DNA from: Candidatus Collierbacteria bacterium UBA2277
GTDB taxonomy: Bacteria > Patescibacteriota > Microgenomatia > UBA1400 > MFAQ01
DNA: 64,000 nucleotides
Direction: 5' to 3'
Assembly (NCBI GenBank): GCA_002347045.1
Contig: DDWV01000001.1
Location: 487,201 to 551,200, forward strand
Below, one piece after another: positions 30,671 to 40,772 of this stretch; positions within the stretch are counted from its first letter, which is position 1, and every line of letters starts with the position of its first letter. The notes below the pieces were generated by a model. That model searched no databases. It saw only the letters and a program-made list of their open reading frames with translations, and had not been told where the DNA came from. The position numbers and the translations under genes are program-made.

Positions 30671-32074
30671 TTAGTCCTCTAGTGTTGTGGCCGTCATTAT
30701 ATCACCAACCTTTATGTCTATTGGGGGAGCTAAAACGACGCCACATTCTTTGTCTTTTTTAACCTCATCAACGTCAAGTTTGTTTGCCTTGAGTGAGGTG
30801 ATTCTTGAGCCCTCTACCAAGTCACCGATTCTCAGCTTACCGGAAGTAACCAGACAACCATACACTACTGTGCCAGCAAAATTAAATGTTTTTAGCACTT
30901 TTGCTTCACCTACAGTTATTGTTTTTGGTCCGGCTGAGGCTGTTTTTTGGGCTTGAAGATCTTTTAGATAATCAAAAAGTTTGTAGATAATTTTGAAGTT
31001 TGTGAACTTAACATGCTCGACCTCAGCAAGCTTGGCCACAGGTGAGGGAATTTTGGAGTTGAAACCAAGTATCTGCGCATTGGTAGCTACAGCTGTTTCG
31101 ATGTCTGAGTCTGTCACTAGACCAACCGAACTACTCATGATATTGGCCTGATCTTTAATACTATCAATTATTGCTTCGAGTGAACCCTGAACATCCGCTT
31201 TAAGAATAATAGTTGGCTTTTCTTCGTCCCCGATACAAAAAGCGTCTTGAACGCCTTTCCCTGCTGATCCCCTACAAGGTGCGCTTGTGATTATGTCTCC
31301 AACATTCGGCACGATAGAGAATCCAATAACTTGGATTGGTGTTGAAGGAGTTGCTTTTGAGAGTGGTTTCCCGGAGTAATCTACCATGGAACGAATTTTG
31401 CCGAAATTAATTTCACCGTCAAAAAGGAGGCTATTTTTGTCAAAAGTTCCGCTTTTTACTAGGAGTGTAGCAAGAGGACCTTTTTGAGGATGCATTGAAG
31501 ATTCGATGACGAGGGCAGTTGCGGGACAAATGTTAGAGTTGTCTTTGAGATCTTCAAGTTCAGCGAGTAAAAGAATTATCTCCAATAGATCTTCAACTCC
31601 GGCGCCTGTTTTAGCCGAGATGTTTACTATCGGAACGTTACCTCCATATCCTTCGACAAAGATGCCGCTGTTTGCTAAGTCTGTTTTTACTCGATCAGGA
31701 CTTACTCCTTCGAGGTCCACCTTATTGACTGCAACCACAAAAGGGATACCGGCAGACTTTATGTGCTCAATGGACTCCTTAGTTTGAGGCATAACAGAGT
31801 CATCTGCAGCAACTATCAAAACAGCAACGTCGGCCGCTTGTCCTCCACGTTGACGCATAGCAGAAAAGGCTGCGTGGCCAGGAGTATCGATAAAGGTAAT
31901 TTTTTGACCATTGTGAGTAATTTGATAGGCACCAATGGCTTGCGTAATTCCACCAGCCTCGCTAGCAGCGACACTAGCGTTTCTTATACGGTCGAGAAGA
32001 GATGTTTTCCCGTGGTCAACATGTCCAAGGATAGTAACCACCGGAGGCCTAGTGGCAGATATTGTGTCCGGCAT
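30671..32074 (-). CDS. infB: Translation initiation factor IF-2 (short form: G-domain, domain II and C-terminal domains only)
   Basis: 467 aa beginning directly with [18 protein letters not shown], then DTPGH and NKVD, and C-terminal beta-barrels. Confidence 0.9.
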   Translation of the reverse strand: MPDTISATRPPVVTILGHVDHGKTSLLDRIRNASVAASEAGGITQAIGAYQITHNGQKITFIDTPGHAAFSAMRQRGGQAADVAVLIVAADDSVMPQTKESIEHIKSAGIPFVVAVNKVDLEGVSPDRVKTDLANSGIFVEGYGGNVPIVNISAKTGAGVEDLLEIILLLAELEDLKDNSNICPATALVIESSMHPQKGPLATLLVKSGTFDKNSLLFDGEINFGKIRSMVDYSGKPLSKATPSTPIQVIGFSIVPNVGDIITSAPCRGSAGKGVQDAFCIGDEEKPTIILKADVQGSLEAIIDSIKDQANIMSSSVGLVTDSDIETAVATNAQILGFNSKIPSPVAKLAEVEHVKFTNFKIIYKLFDYLKDLQAQKTASAGPKTITVGEAKVLKTFNFAGTVVYGCLVTSGKLRIGDLVEGSRITSLKANKLDVDEVKKDKECGVVLAPPIDIKVGDIMTATTLED

Positions 32075-32082
32075 AATTTTAT

Positions 32083-33291
32083 TTAGTTTTTGTAAACGGC
32101 GAGCTGTGCCTTGATTTTCTCAAGTGTTTTGGGGCCAATGCCTTTGACAGTGTCGAGTTTATCAGAAGTTAAGTCTTCAATGTGGGTTAGTTCAGCTTCG
32201 ACGAGTGTATTTCTTGTTTTAGTGTCAAGGCCGAGTTGATCGATTTCGAACTCCTCAGTACCAGTTGTAACGATACTTGCGTCAGGACTTTTGGCATCAT
32301 CAGAGATGATACGAAGCTTTGTCTGAGTAAGCTTTGCTGCCAGTTTTACGTTTTGACCTCCACGACCAATGGCAAGAGACAACTGGTCGGCAGGCACTTT
32401 TACGATTGTTTCACCTGTGTTTTTGTCGTAGGTGATGTCCATTCCCTCAGCAGGAGCCAGAGCAGCTTTTATAAAATTATCTTGATCTTCAGAGTATTGA
32501 ATTATGTCAATTTTTTCGTTGTTCAGTTCGTTGATCACTGCTTGAACACGGACACCTTTTTGACCGACACAAGAACCTACAGGATCAACACCAGCTTGAA
32601 CTGACTCAACTGCTACTTTTGATCTACTGCCTGGTTCACGAGCAACCATTTTTATGACAACACTACCAGCGCTTACTTCTGGAACTTCTCTTTCGAAAAG
32701 TCCTGAGAGTAGACGATCATCAGACCTAGAAACAATTATTTGACGCCCTTTTGATGTTTCGGCAATTTCTTTTAGATAAACACTAATTCGAGAGTTTAGT
32801 CTGTAAAACTCAGTAGGAGACTGCTCTTCTTGAGGCATAACTGCTTGGCCACGACCAAGATCTATAATGACGTTACGACCATCCATACGCTGGACCATAC
32901 CAGTCATGACTTCTCCGATGTGCTCTTCGTAATCGGCAAGTACGGCATCACGCTCGGCTTCACGAATTGTCTGAAGAATTACTTGCTTGGCTGCTTGGGC
33001 CGCAATACGACCGAATCCTGGAGGTGTGATTTCTTTTAGATCTTTTTTCTTTGCACCTTCTTCACCGACAAATAGACGGAACTGACCGTTGTCTGAGTCA
33101 ACATCAGCAGTGATCACCTTTCCTTCTTCTTCAAACTTGATTGCTTGTTCGGGATAGTCTTTTTCGAAAGAAGCTACCAATGAGTTGTTGATGGCGGTGA
33201 GTACGATTTCTGGGGAAATTCCACGCTCAGAACATATCTGATTTATGGCCGCAGCGAATTCGGTTCTAGCAGAAAGTGTTTGTGTATCCAT
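32083..33291 (-). CDS. nusA: Transcription termination/antitermination factor NusA
   Basis: 402 aa with an N-terminal domain, an S1 domain, two KH domains (GSRSKVAV...GQKGVRVQ) and a C-terminal HhH domain. Confidence 0.9.
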   Translation of the reverse strand: MDTQTLSARTEFAAAINQICSERGISPEIVLTAINNSLVASFEKDYPEQAIKFEEEGKVITADVDSDNGQFRLFVGEEGAKKKDLKEITPPGFGRIAAQAAKQVILQTIREAERDAVLADYEEHIGEVMTGMVQRMDGRNVIIDLGRGQAVMPQEEQSPTEFYRLNSRISVYLKEIAETSKGRQIIVSRSDDRLLSGLFEREVPEVSAGSVVIKMVAREPGSRSKVAVESVQAGVDPVGSCVGQKGVRVQAVINELNNEKIDIIQYSEDQDNFIKAALAPAEGMDITYDKNTGETIVKVPADQLSLAIGRGGQNVKLAAKLTQTKLRIISDDAKSPDASIVTTGTEEFEIDQLGLDTKTRNTLVEAELTHIEDLTSDKLDTVKGIGPKTLEKIKAQLAVYKN

Positions 33292-33481
33292 TTTTTCTTG
33301 ATTATTACTATTTTTAATATATGTTTGTTCTTTTTCTATTTTATCAAGCTACACAGAGCTTCGATGTGATGCTTGATTATAAAAAGGGACGACCTGCGCC
33401 GCCCAAATCAAACTTACTTAATCGTGATTATTATAGCATGAAGAGGGTCAACAGCTTCGCTTCTTGTTGAAAAACTGGTTT

Positions 33482-34333
33482 CTAGAGGGTAGAGTCAAGT
33501 TTTTTGACCAGATCTTTTTGCTTTCCGGAGAGTCTGGTCGGAAACTTGATGACATAGCGTATATAGAGATCTCCGTGACGGTTGCTTTGGAGATGTTTTA
33601 TACCTTTACCCGTAAGGCGGATAACAGTCTCTGGCTGAGTCCCTTGACGAACTTTTATCTTTAGATCACCATCGAGAGTAGGGATCGCAGTTTCTCCTCC
33701 GAGTATAGCAAGAGTAAAAGGAATTTCGTGATTAACGATAACATCTGAACCTTCTCGCTTGAATATTTTACTTGGCTTAACGTCAAAGCTAATGTCAAAA
33801 TCTGAGTAGCGAATTCGAGTTCCTTCGTCGGCTCCGGCTGGAATTTTTACTGTGTACTGCTTTCCTTGATGGACAATGGTTTTTTCTGCCCCATGGACGG
33901 CGTCATTAAAGTCTATTTTTAGGGAGTAATGGGGCTTTTGAGGGCGTTGCGATCGAGATGCTCCTCCAAAAAAGCCACTAAAAATATCAAAGGGGTCTGA
34001 GAAACCTCCTGCCCCGCCAAAAAGATCTTCAAAGTTTATGTTTCCACCTGTGGTGTAGTAACTACCAAAAGGATTGCCCGATCCGGCCCCTGGATTAAAC
34101 CCGGCGCCCCCGCCAAAAGCTGCATGACCAAATTGATCAAATTTAGCTTTCTTTTCGGGGTTACTTAAGACTTCGTAAGCTTCATTGATTTCTTTGAATT
34201 TTTCGTGTGCGTCTGAAGACTTGTTTTTATCTGGATGCCACTTGAGGGCCAATTTCCTGTAAGCAGACTTAATTTCTGCCGCAGTTGCAGTTTTTGAAAC
34301 ACCTAGAACATCGTAGAAATCGCGTGTAGCCAT
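33482..34333 (-). CDS. dnaJ: J-domain co-chaperone (class B DnaJ/CbpA-like, no zinc-finger domain)
   Basis: A J-domain with HPD ([13 protein letters not shown]), a Gly/Phe-rich linker and C-terminal substrate-binding domains. No CxxCxGxG repeats are present. Confidence 0.8.
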   Translation of the reverse strand: MATRDFYDVLGVSKTATAAEIKSAYRKLALKWHPDKNKSSDAHEKFKEINEAYEVLSNPEKKAKFDQFGHAAFGGGAGFNPGAGSGNPFGSYYTTGGNINFEDLFGGAGGFSDPFDIFSGFFGGASRSQRPQKPHYSLKIDFNDAVHGAEKTIVHQGKQYTVKIPAGADEGTRIRYSDFDISFDVKPSKIFKREGSDVIVNHEIPFTLAILGGETAIPTLDGDLKIKVRQGTQPETVIRLTGKGIKHLQSNRHGDLYIRYVIKFPTRLSGKQKDLVKKLDSTL

Positions 34334-34355
34334 ATTAAGTCAACAAACTATTTTA

Positions 34356-34382
34356 CCAGGAGCTGAGGATTTCAGCCCCTGG
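34356..34382 (-). promoter_or_regulatory. Imperfect hairpin in the dnaK-dnaJ intergenic region
   Basis: CCAGG-a-GCTGA, loop GGATTT, TCAGC-c-CCTGG. Located between the dnaK stop (34391) and the dnaJ start (34333). Confidence 0.35.
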
Positions 34383-34390
34383 TAATTTTG

Positions 34391-36292
34391 CTATTTAACT
34401 ACTTCGCCTTCCTCTGCTTTTTCTGAGTCTGAGCTTGTGTCTTCTGATTTTTCTCCTTCAGCTTTTGACTCATCTGGCTTGTCTTTTTCTCCGGCTGCTT
34501 TATATAGTGCTTCAGCGTGTTTTTGAACAAGCTCGGTAGCTGACTTTAACTTGTTGTCAAGATCTTCAAGTGTGACATCGGCTTTTTTAACTTCTTCTTC
34601 AAGTTCCGAAAGTGATTTCTCTATCTCTTCTTTTGCACTTGAGTCAAATTTGTCACCAGAGTCTTTGAGAACTTTTCGAGTTTGAATGATTAAAGTGTCA
34701 GCCTCATTTTTCTTGTCGACAAGCTCTTTTTTCTTCTTGTCTTCTTCGGCAAATTTTTCGGCTTCTTGTTTCATTCTCTCTACTTCTTCATCAGAGAGGT
34801 TGGTAGCGTTTTTGATAGTAATCTTTTGCTCTTTACCGGTTGCTTTGTCTTTGGCGGAGACATTTAGGATACCATTGGCATCGATGTCAAAAGTAACTTC
34901 GATCTGAGGAACTCCACGAGGGGCGGCGGGGATACCATCAAGAACGAAACTGCCTAGAGTTTTGTTGTCGGCGGCCATCGGGCGCTCTCCCTGAAGAATG
35001 TGGATCTCAACTTGAGGCTGGTTGTCTGAAGCGGTTGAGAACACCTGAGATTTACTTGAAGGAACGGTAGTGTTGCGCTCGATAAGAGGAGTCATAACAC
35101 TTCCCATGGTCTCAATGCCTAGAGTAAGAGGAGTAACATCTAGAAGCAAGACGTCCTTAACGTCACCAGAGATAACACCACCCTGAATTGCTGCTCCTAG
35201 AGCAACGGCTTCATCAGGATTAACTGATTTGTTTGGCTCTTTTCCGAAGAAGTCTTTGACTACTTGCTGAACTTTGGGCATGCGTGTCATTCCACCGACC
35301 AAAATGACTTCTGCTATATCAGACTTACTGATCTTGGCATCGGCCAAAGCCTTTTTACATGGTTCGATGGTTTTTTGAATGAGGTCATCGACTAGCTCTT
35401 CTAGCTTTGCTCTGGTGATCTTCATTGTGAGATGCATTGGCTGACCATCGACCTGAGTAATGAATGGCTGATTGACTTCTGTTTCTGTAGAACTAGAGAG
35501 GTCTATTTTTGCCTTTTCAGCGGCATCTTTAATACGCTGAAGTGCTTGTTTGTCTTTCCCAAGATCAACACCATTCTCTTTTTTGAATTCGGCGACAATG
35601 TACTCAATAATTTTGTGATCGAAGTCGTCTCCTCCGAGGAATGTGTCTCCATTGGTTGACTTTACTTCAAATACGCCATCTCCTAGTTCAAGAATTGAGA
35701 CATCGAATGTACCCCCACCCAAGTCGTAGACAACGACTGTTTCATTTTTCCCTTTGTCTAGACCGTAGGCAAGAGCGGCAGCTGTTGGTTCATTGACAAT
35801 TCTCTGAACGTTTAATCCTGCGATTTCTCCTGCTTGTTTGGTTGCTTGGCGTTGAGAGTCGTCGAAGTATGCAGGAACAGTAATAACTGCATCGGTAACT
35901 GTTTGACCAAGATATGCCTCGGCATCTGCTTTTGCTTTTTGGAGAATTTTGGCAGAGATCTCTTGAGGTGTGTACGACTTATCACCTATCTTAATGATGG
36001 CTGAGCCATCTTTTCCAGCTTCGATGGTGTAAGGAGCCATTTCCATGGTCTTTTGAGCTTGTTTTCCAGAAAACTTTTGGCCCATGAGTCGCTTTACACT
36101 AAATATAGTGTTGGGAGCGTTTAGAACCATCTGACGTTTTGCAACATCTCCAACTAGATTTTTAACTGGTTCAACAATTGAAGGGAAAGTGTTTCTTCCT
36201 TCAGCTGTAGGAATGATTTTGGCGACGCCTCCTTCCATAACAGCAATAGCACTGTTTGTGGTTCCGAGGTCTATACCTATAATTTTTGACAT
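34391..36292 (-). CDS. dnaK: Chaperone DnaK (Hsp70)
   Basis: 633 aa with [14 protein letters not shown] and a DLGGGTFD motif, plus a C-terminal lid. Confidence 0.95.
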   Translation of the reverse strand: MSKIIGIDLGTTNSAIAVMEGGVAKIIPTAEGRNTFPSIVEPVKNLVGDVAKRQMVLNAPNTIFSVKRLMGQKFSGKQAQKTMEMAPYTIEAGKDGSAIIKIGDKSYTPQEISAKILQKAKADAEAYLGQTVTDAVITVPAYFDDSQRQATKQAGEIAGLNVQRIVNEPTAAALAYGLDKGKNETVVVYDLGGGTFDVSILELGDGVFEVKSTNGDTFLGGDDFDHKIIEYIVAEFKKENGVDLGKDKQALQRIKDAAEKAKIDLSSSTETEVNQPFITQVDGQPMHLTMKITRAKLEELVDDLIQKTIEPCKKALADAKISKSDIAEVILVGGMTRMPKVQQVVKDFFGKEPNKSVNPDEAVALGAAIQGGVISGDVKDVLLLDVTPLTLGIETMGSVMTPLIERNTTVPSSKSQVFSTASDNQPQVEIHILQGERPMAADNKTLGSFVLDGIPAAPRGVPQIEVTFDIDANGILNVSAKDKATGKEQKITIKNATNLSDEEVERMKQEAEKFAEEDKKKKELVDKKNEADTLIIQTRKVLKDSGDKFDSSAKEEIEKSLSELEEEVKKADVTLEDLDNKLKSATELVQKHAEALYKAAGEKDKPDESKAEGEKSEDTSSDSEKAEEGEVVK

Positions 36293-36325
36293 ATTATTTT
36301 TTTTTAAATAATTAATAAAACAAAT

Positions 36326-36772
36326 TTATTTATCTCCAGAGCCTACCTTGACTCTTGCAGGACGGAGGACTTTTTCGTAAAGTAAATAACCTTTTGTAAG
36401 TGTCTCTGTTACTACGTCTTTTTTACCAGAGACTACTTCAATACAGTCCATGGTGAGAGGATCAAATACCTGACCATCAGAGACGATGGGGGCAAGACCT
36501 TCTTGAGAAAGGGTGTTTAGGAACTGAGAAGTAACCATGTTTAGCCCAGCGTCATTGAGGTGTTTTTGGGCTAGCTCAAGAGAGTCAATATTGAGAAGAA
36601 TTTTTTCCATTAGGGTAGCGTTGGCAAACTGCATAATTTGGGACTGAGCTTCTTTGAAGCGACGATCTTGGTTTTTGTAGTCGGCCAGGACTCTTTTGTA
36701 GTTGTTGTCGAGTTCTTCGACTTTTAACTTGAGTTCTTTAATTTCGGATGAGTGATCTATTTTTTTTACCAT
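36326..36772 (-). CDS. grpE: Nucleotide exchange factor GrpE
   Basis: 148 aa with a coiled-coil N-terminus and the GrpE beta-sheet C-terminus. It overlaps hrcA by 7 nt. Confidence 0.88.
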   Translation of the reverse strand: MVKKIDHSSEIKELKLKVEELDNNYKRVLADYKNQDRRFKEAQSQIMQFANATLMEKILLNIDSLELAQKHLNDAGLNMVTSQFLNTLSQEGLAPIVSDGQVFDPLTMDCIEVVSGKKDVVTETLTKGYLLYEKVLRPARVKVGSGDK

Positions 36773-37491
36773 TCTTGAGCTATTTGATTTACTAAATTTG
36801 CAACATATCTTACAAAGGGTATGTTTCTATCATACTCTTGGCGGCTAGAACCTATGATTCCCAGACTTCCACGACGGCCCCCTAAATTGATATCGGCAAA
36901 GACACAACTTACTGGTCTAAAAAGACTTACTCCCATTTCATCACCGACTAATATATGGATTGGAGAGTTGTTACCTGCCCTGTTGAAGATGTCTAAGAGT
37001 CTTTGATGTTGATCTAGAAGATAAAAAACCTCTCGGGCTACTTCGTGATCTTGAAACTCAACGTCATTAAAAACATTTGCGTATCCAGCGTGATATGTCT
37101 GTCCACCTTCTGTGGTAGCGATACAGAGGGCTTTGGTTCTTTCGGAAAGCACCTTGGTTGCTTCGTGAAGGAGATCGTCACGATTGTAACGATGGTCCCA
37201 TACTCGAGACTTAACATTTACTTCTTCGGCAACTGAGAGCTCTTTTTCTTTCATGAGCTCATTGATGTAAAACTTGATTGCCATGGGGGTTGGAACTCTA
37301 CCTGAGGAGGTGTGAGGTTGGGCTAGATAGCCTTTGTCTTCAAGTGCGGCCATTTCATTGCGGAGAGTCGCTGGGGAAACCCCAAGTCGATATTTGTTCT
37401 CAAGAGTGACTGAACCAACTGGTTCAGCTGTTAGCGTAAACTCTTCGACAATAGTTTTTATGATTTGTATCTGTCTTTCTGTTAGGTCCAT
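36766..37491 (-). CDS. hrcA: Heat-inducible transcription repressor HrcA
   Basis: LTERQIQIIKTIVEEF...GSVTL...LGVSPATLRNEMAALEDKGYL is a winged-helix HrcA N-terminus. The preferred ATG is at 37489-37491. The ORF track extends the start to a TTG at 37503. Confidence 0.85.
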   Translation of the reverse strand: MDLTERQIQIIKTIVEEFTLTAEPVGSVTLENKYRLGVSPATLRNEMAALEDKGYLAQPHTSSGRVPTPMAIKFYINELMKEKELSVAEEVNVKSRVWDHRYNRDDLLHEATKVLSERTKALCIATTEGGQTYHAGYANVFNDVEFQDHEVAREVFYLLDQHQRLLDIFNRAGNNSPIHILVGDEMGVSLFRPVSCVFADINLGGRRGSLGIIGSSRQEYDRNIPFVRYVANLVNQIAQEW

Positions 37492-37511
37492 AAGGCAACT
37501 CAAATAATGAG

Positions 37512-37538
37512 TTAGCAGTAATATAGCATGAGTGATAA
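37512..37538 (-). promoter_or_regulatory. CIRCE-like inverted repeat (HrcA operator) upstream of hrcA-grpE-dnaK-dnaJ
   Basis: The sequence is TTAGCAGTA-N9-GAGTGATAA, a 15/18 match to the CIRCE consensus TTAGCACTC-N9-GAGTGCTAA. It lies 21-47 nt upstream of the hrcA ATG. Confidence 0.6.
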
Positions 37539-37574
37539 ATAGACGTCAAGATAGGAGATATAGTAGACTAAATT

Positions 37575-38966
37575 ATGGCTACCAAAAAAGAAATGATAAA
37601 GAGTGTTTTGCCTGTTTTTTTTGGCTTACTAGTGATTGTAATGGTGGTGGTTGCGATACCAACGGCGATAAAATTAACAAGTAAGGCTTCTGGGGAACCA
37701 GCTAATCTTGTTTTTAATTATGAAGGAGTTTTGGGGAAGGTCCCAACACCTTGGAGAAACTTGGCACAAGGAGGAGAGGAGCCAAAAGATATGCTTTCGG
37801 GAATAGTCCCAGAAATAAGAGCGCTAAGGCCTGAGTACATACGAATTGACCATATATATGATGCCTTCAATGTAGTTTCCGGAAGTAGCGGAAACCTATC
37901 ATTTGACTGGAGTGGTCTGGATAAGGCGGTCGACTCTATATTGGCAACGGGAGCAAAACCATTTTTATCACTTTCGTATATGCCTTCAGTGATTGCCAAG
38001 GGTGACATAGTGTCTCGACCGAACAACTGGAATGACTGGGGGGTTGTAGTTAGTGAGACTATAAAGCACTATAGCGGAGTAAAAGAACGGAATATCAATA
38101 ATGTAATTTATGAAGTTTGGAATGAGCCAGACCTGTTTGGAAGTTATAAAACATATGGAGACAAAAACTATCTTGATATGTACTTGGTGTCAGCAAGAGC
38201 AGCGGCAAGAGTGAGCGGAGTGAATTCTTTTGAGATAGGCGGACCGGCAACGACGGCTTTGTATCAAAACTGGCTTGAGCGCCTTATTAAGTATGTTGAC
38301 CAGAATAATTTAAGGATGGATTTTGTGAGCTGGCATAGATACACAACGGATTTAGAGCAATTTGAAAAAGATGTGGCTCAGGCAAGGTCTTGGGCAGAGA
38401 ATATTCCGGCACTGATTAACTTGAAGTACTACGTGACAGAGTGGGGCTTTGATAGTGAAAACAATAAAGGCTATGACGAAAGATTCGGAGCGATACACAC
38501 GATAGCGGCATCAAGAACGATGATGGGAGCAATCGATAAAGCATTTGTTTTTGAGATAAAAGATGGACCTGGAGCAGAAAAATACTGGGGTAGATGGGGT
38601 TTGCTAACCAATGAAAAGTATGGAGTACCAGAAAAAAAGCCAAGATATAAAGCTTTAGAGTTTTTGAATACTTTAGGACCACACAGGATGAGCGTATCGG
38701 GAGAAGGGTCTTGGGTAAAAAGCATAGCTTCAGCAGATGACAATGGAGACTTAAAAATACTAGTGGTAAATTATGATCCAAAAGGAGTTCATGTTGAGTC
38801 TGTACCAATGACATTCGAGAACTTGCCAAGTGGAAATTTTAAGATTACAAGGCAGGACTTTATGGGAGGAAGCAGAGTTGTAAATGTGGCAACAACAAGC
38901 GCGGTGTGGAAAACAAATGAATACTTTAGTGCAAACTCGGCAGCGATGTTTACGGTGAATTTTTGA
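37575..38966 (+). CDS. Membrane-anchored clan GH-A glycoside hydrolase (GH39/GH5-like TIM barrel)
   Basis: 463 aa with an N-terminal TM anchor. The acid/base motif is EVWNEPDL and the nucleophile motif is YYVTEWGF, the two catalytic-Glu signatures of GH39-type retaining glycosidases. Confidence 0.6.
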   Translation: MATKKEMIKSVLPVFFGLLVIVMVVVAIPTAIKLTSKASGEPANLVFNYEGVLGKVPTPWRNLAQGGEEPKDMLSGIVPEIRALRPEYIRIDHIYDAFNVVSGSSGNLSFDWSGLDKAVDSILATGAKPFLSLSYMPSVIAKGDIVSRPNNWNDWGVVVSETIKHYSGVKERNINNVIYEVWNEPDLFGSYKTYGDKNYLDMYLVSARAAARVSGVNSFEIGGPATTALYQNWLERLIKYVDQNNLRMDFVSWHRYTTDLEQFEKDVAQARSWAENIPALINLKYYVTEWGFDSENNKGYDERFGAIHTIAASRTMMGAIDKAFVFEIKDGPGAEKYWGRWGLLTNEKYGVPEKKPRYKALEFLNTLGPHRMSVSGEGSWVKSIASADDNGDLKILVVNYDPKGVHVESVPMTFENLPSGNFKITRQDFMGGSRVVNVATTSAVWKTNEYFSANSAAMFTVNF

Positions 38967-38994
38967 GCCGGTTTTTTTGATGATTGATGGTCGT

Positions 38995-40764
38995 CTATGC
39001 CTTGACGACTGCCAAAAAAGCTGACTGAGGAAGTTGAACTCTACCGAACTGTTTCATACGAGCCTTACCTTTTTTTTGTTTGTTGAGTAGTTTGAGGTTT
39101 CTAGTAAAGTCTCCACCATGAAGCTTGGAGTCAACATCTTTCCGGAAGGCTTTTACGGTTTCTCTGGCTATGATTTGTCCTCCGATGGATACTTGTATAG
39201 GAATCTCGAACTGTTGGCGTGGAATAGCCTCTTTGAGCTTGCTGGCGATGGCTTTGGCTTTGGCTGATGACTTTTCCCTAACGGTAATAATACTCATGGG
39301 AGCAAATAGCTCGTGATTAAGATAGACATCAAGACGAACTAGATTGGCTTTTTGCCAACCGGCCAGTTCATAGTCTAGGGAGGCGAAGCCTGAAGAAACA
39401 CTTTTCAGAGAGTCGTGCAAGGCGGTAATTACTTCGATAAGGGGAAGAGTGTAGTCTATCTCGACCAACTGGTCTAGATAAGCAACATTTATCAAACTTC
39501 CACGAAGATCCTGACAAAGCTGCATTACAGCCCCCACATAAGGATCAGTAACTACGATTTTGACAGTTGCCATAGGCTCGTATTCTTCTGCAATGAGAGA
39601 AGGATCTGGGAAGTCTGCGGCAGAGCTAAAAATCAGCTCTTTACCGTTTCTTTGCTTGATTTTGTACTCGACGGAAGGAGAAACAGCGATTACGGGGAGA
39701 TTAAATTCACGATCTAAACGTTCTCCGACAACTTCAGAATGAAGAAGGCCGAGAAAACCTACTTTGACGCCTTGGCCAAGAATGGGAGAGTTTATTCCTT
39801 GAGTAGTAAGGGCTGAGTCGTTGAGTTTTAATTTTTCGAGAGCATCAACCAAGTCTCGATACTGAGACCCGTCTGTGGGATACATATCTAAAAAGACGTT
39901 GGGGTGAATTTTCCTGAACCCTGGGAGAGGAGTTACTTCTTTACTTTGGGAAGCGAGACACAAAGTATCACCAACCAAGATGCGACGAATGTCTTTCAGG
40001 CCAGTAATGATGTAGCCTACATTACCTGAGTTTATTGTTTGTTTCTCCTGCCTCATAGGGGAAAAAATACCGATTTCTGAAGCTACTAAGGTCTGGCCAG
40101 AGTTTAAAAACTCGAGTTTGTCCCCCTTTTGAAGGTTGCCGGAGATTACTCTGATAAAGGCAATGACCCCTAAGTGGGTATCAAAAACTGAGTTGAAGAC
40201 TAAAGCTTGAAGTTGTTTGTTTTCTGTTTTGGGAGACGGTAGATCGGAGATGACTTTGTCGAGTAGGGTGACAACCCCCTCACCGGTCTTGGCTGATACA
40301 AAATAGGGATCTTCAGAGATACTAAGCAACTGCTTTATCTGACGAGTGGCAGCAGATATATCGGCAAGAGGAGCGTCGATTTTGTTGACAACAGGGATTA
40401 TTTTAAGACCTAGATTTTTGGCTAGCCGAAGATTGGCTACTGTTTGGGCCTGGACTCCTTTGGTGGCGTCAACTAAAAGTATTGCACCGTCACAAGCTTC
40501 TAAGGCTCTTTCAACTTCATAGTTAAAATCAACATGCCCAGGAGTGTCAATGAGATTTAAAGTGTGTCCGCGATATGTCATTGTGACAGGGGCAAGTTTT
40601 ATAGTGATGCCTCGTTCACGCTCGATAGGGTTGCTATCTAAAAGCTGTGGAACTATCTTGTCTTTTTCAACAGTACCTGTAAGCTCAAGCATACGATCGG
40701 CAAGGGTAGACTTACCAGCATCGATATGAGCAATAATGGAAAAATTTCTGATTTGGCTAGACAT
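38995..40764 (-). CDS. lepA: Elongation factor 4 (LepA)
   Basis: 589 aa. [20 protein letters not shown]...DTPGHVDF...NKID, plus the LepA-specific C-terminal domain. Confidence 0.93.
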   Translation of the reverse strand: MSSQIRNFSIIAHIDAGKSTLADRMLELTGTVEKDKIVPQLLDSNPIERERGITIKLAPVTMTYRGHTLNLIDTPGHVDFNYEVERALEACDGAILLVDATKGVQAQTVANLRLAKNLGLKIIPVVNKIDAPLADISAATRQIKQLLSISEDPYFVSAKTGEGVVTLLDKVISDLPSPKTENKQLQALVFNSVFDTHLGVIAFIRVISGNLQKGDKLEFLNSGQTLVASEIGIFSPMRQEKQTINSGNVGYIITGLKDIRRILVGDTLCLASQSKEVTPLPGFRKIHPNVFLDMYPTDGSQYRDLVDALEKLKLNDSALTTQGINSPILGQGVKVGFLGLLHSEVVGERLDREFNLPVIAVSPSVEYKIKQRNGKELIFSSAADFPDPSLIAEEYEPMATVKIVVTDPYVGAVMQLCQDLRGSLINVAYLDQLVEIDYTLPLIEVITALHDSLKSVSSGFASLDYELAGWQKANLVRLDVYLNHELFAPMSIITVREKSSAKAKAIASKLKEAIPRQQFEIPIQVSIGGQIIARETVKAFRKDVDSKLHGGDFTRNLKLLNKQKKGKARMKQFGRVQLPQSAFLAVVKA

Positions 40765-40772
40765 AGAAAAAA

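Noticed and set aside
33292-33481. TCAACA...TGTTGA inverted repeat in the nusA upstream region
   Set aside because: A 6-bp stem with an 11-nt loop and no U-tract on either strand. It is more likely chance or part of a promoter, so it was not called as a feature.
37492-37503. TTG-initiated 4-codon extension of hrcA
   Set aside because: The ATG at 37489-37491 gives the canonical HrcA N-terminus, and the extension would overlap the CIRCE-proximal region.
38416-38829. 137-aa and 90-aa minus-strand ORFs
   Set aside because: Antisense to the glycoside hydrolase gene, which has clear catalytic motifs in its own frame.
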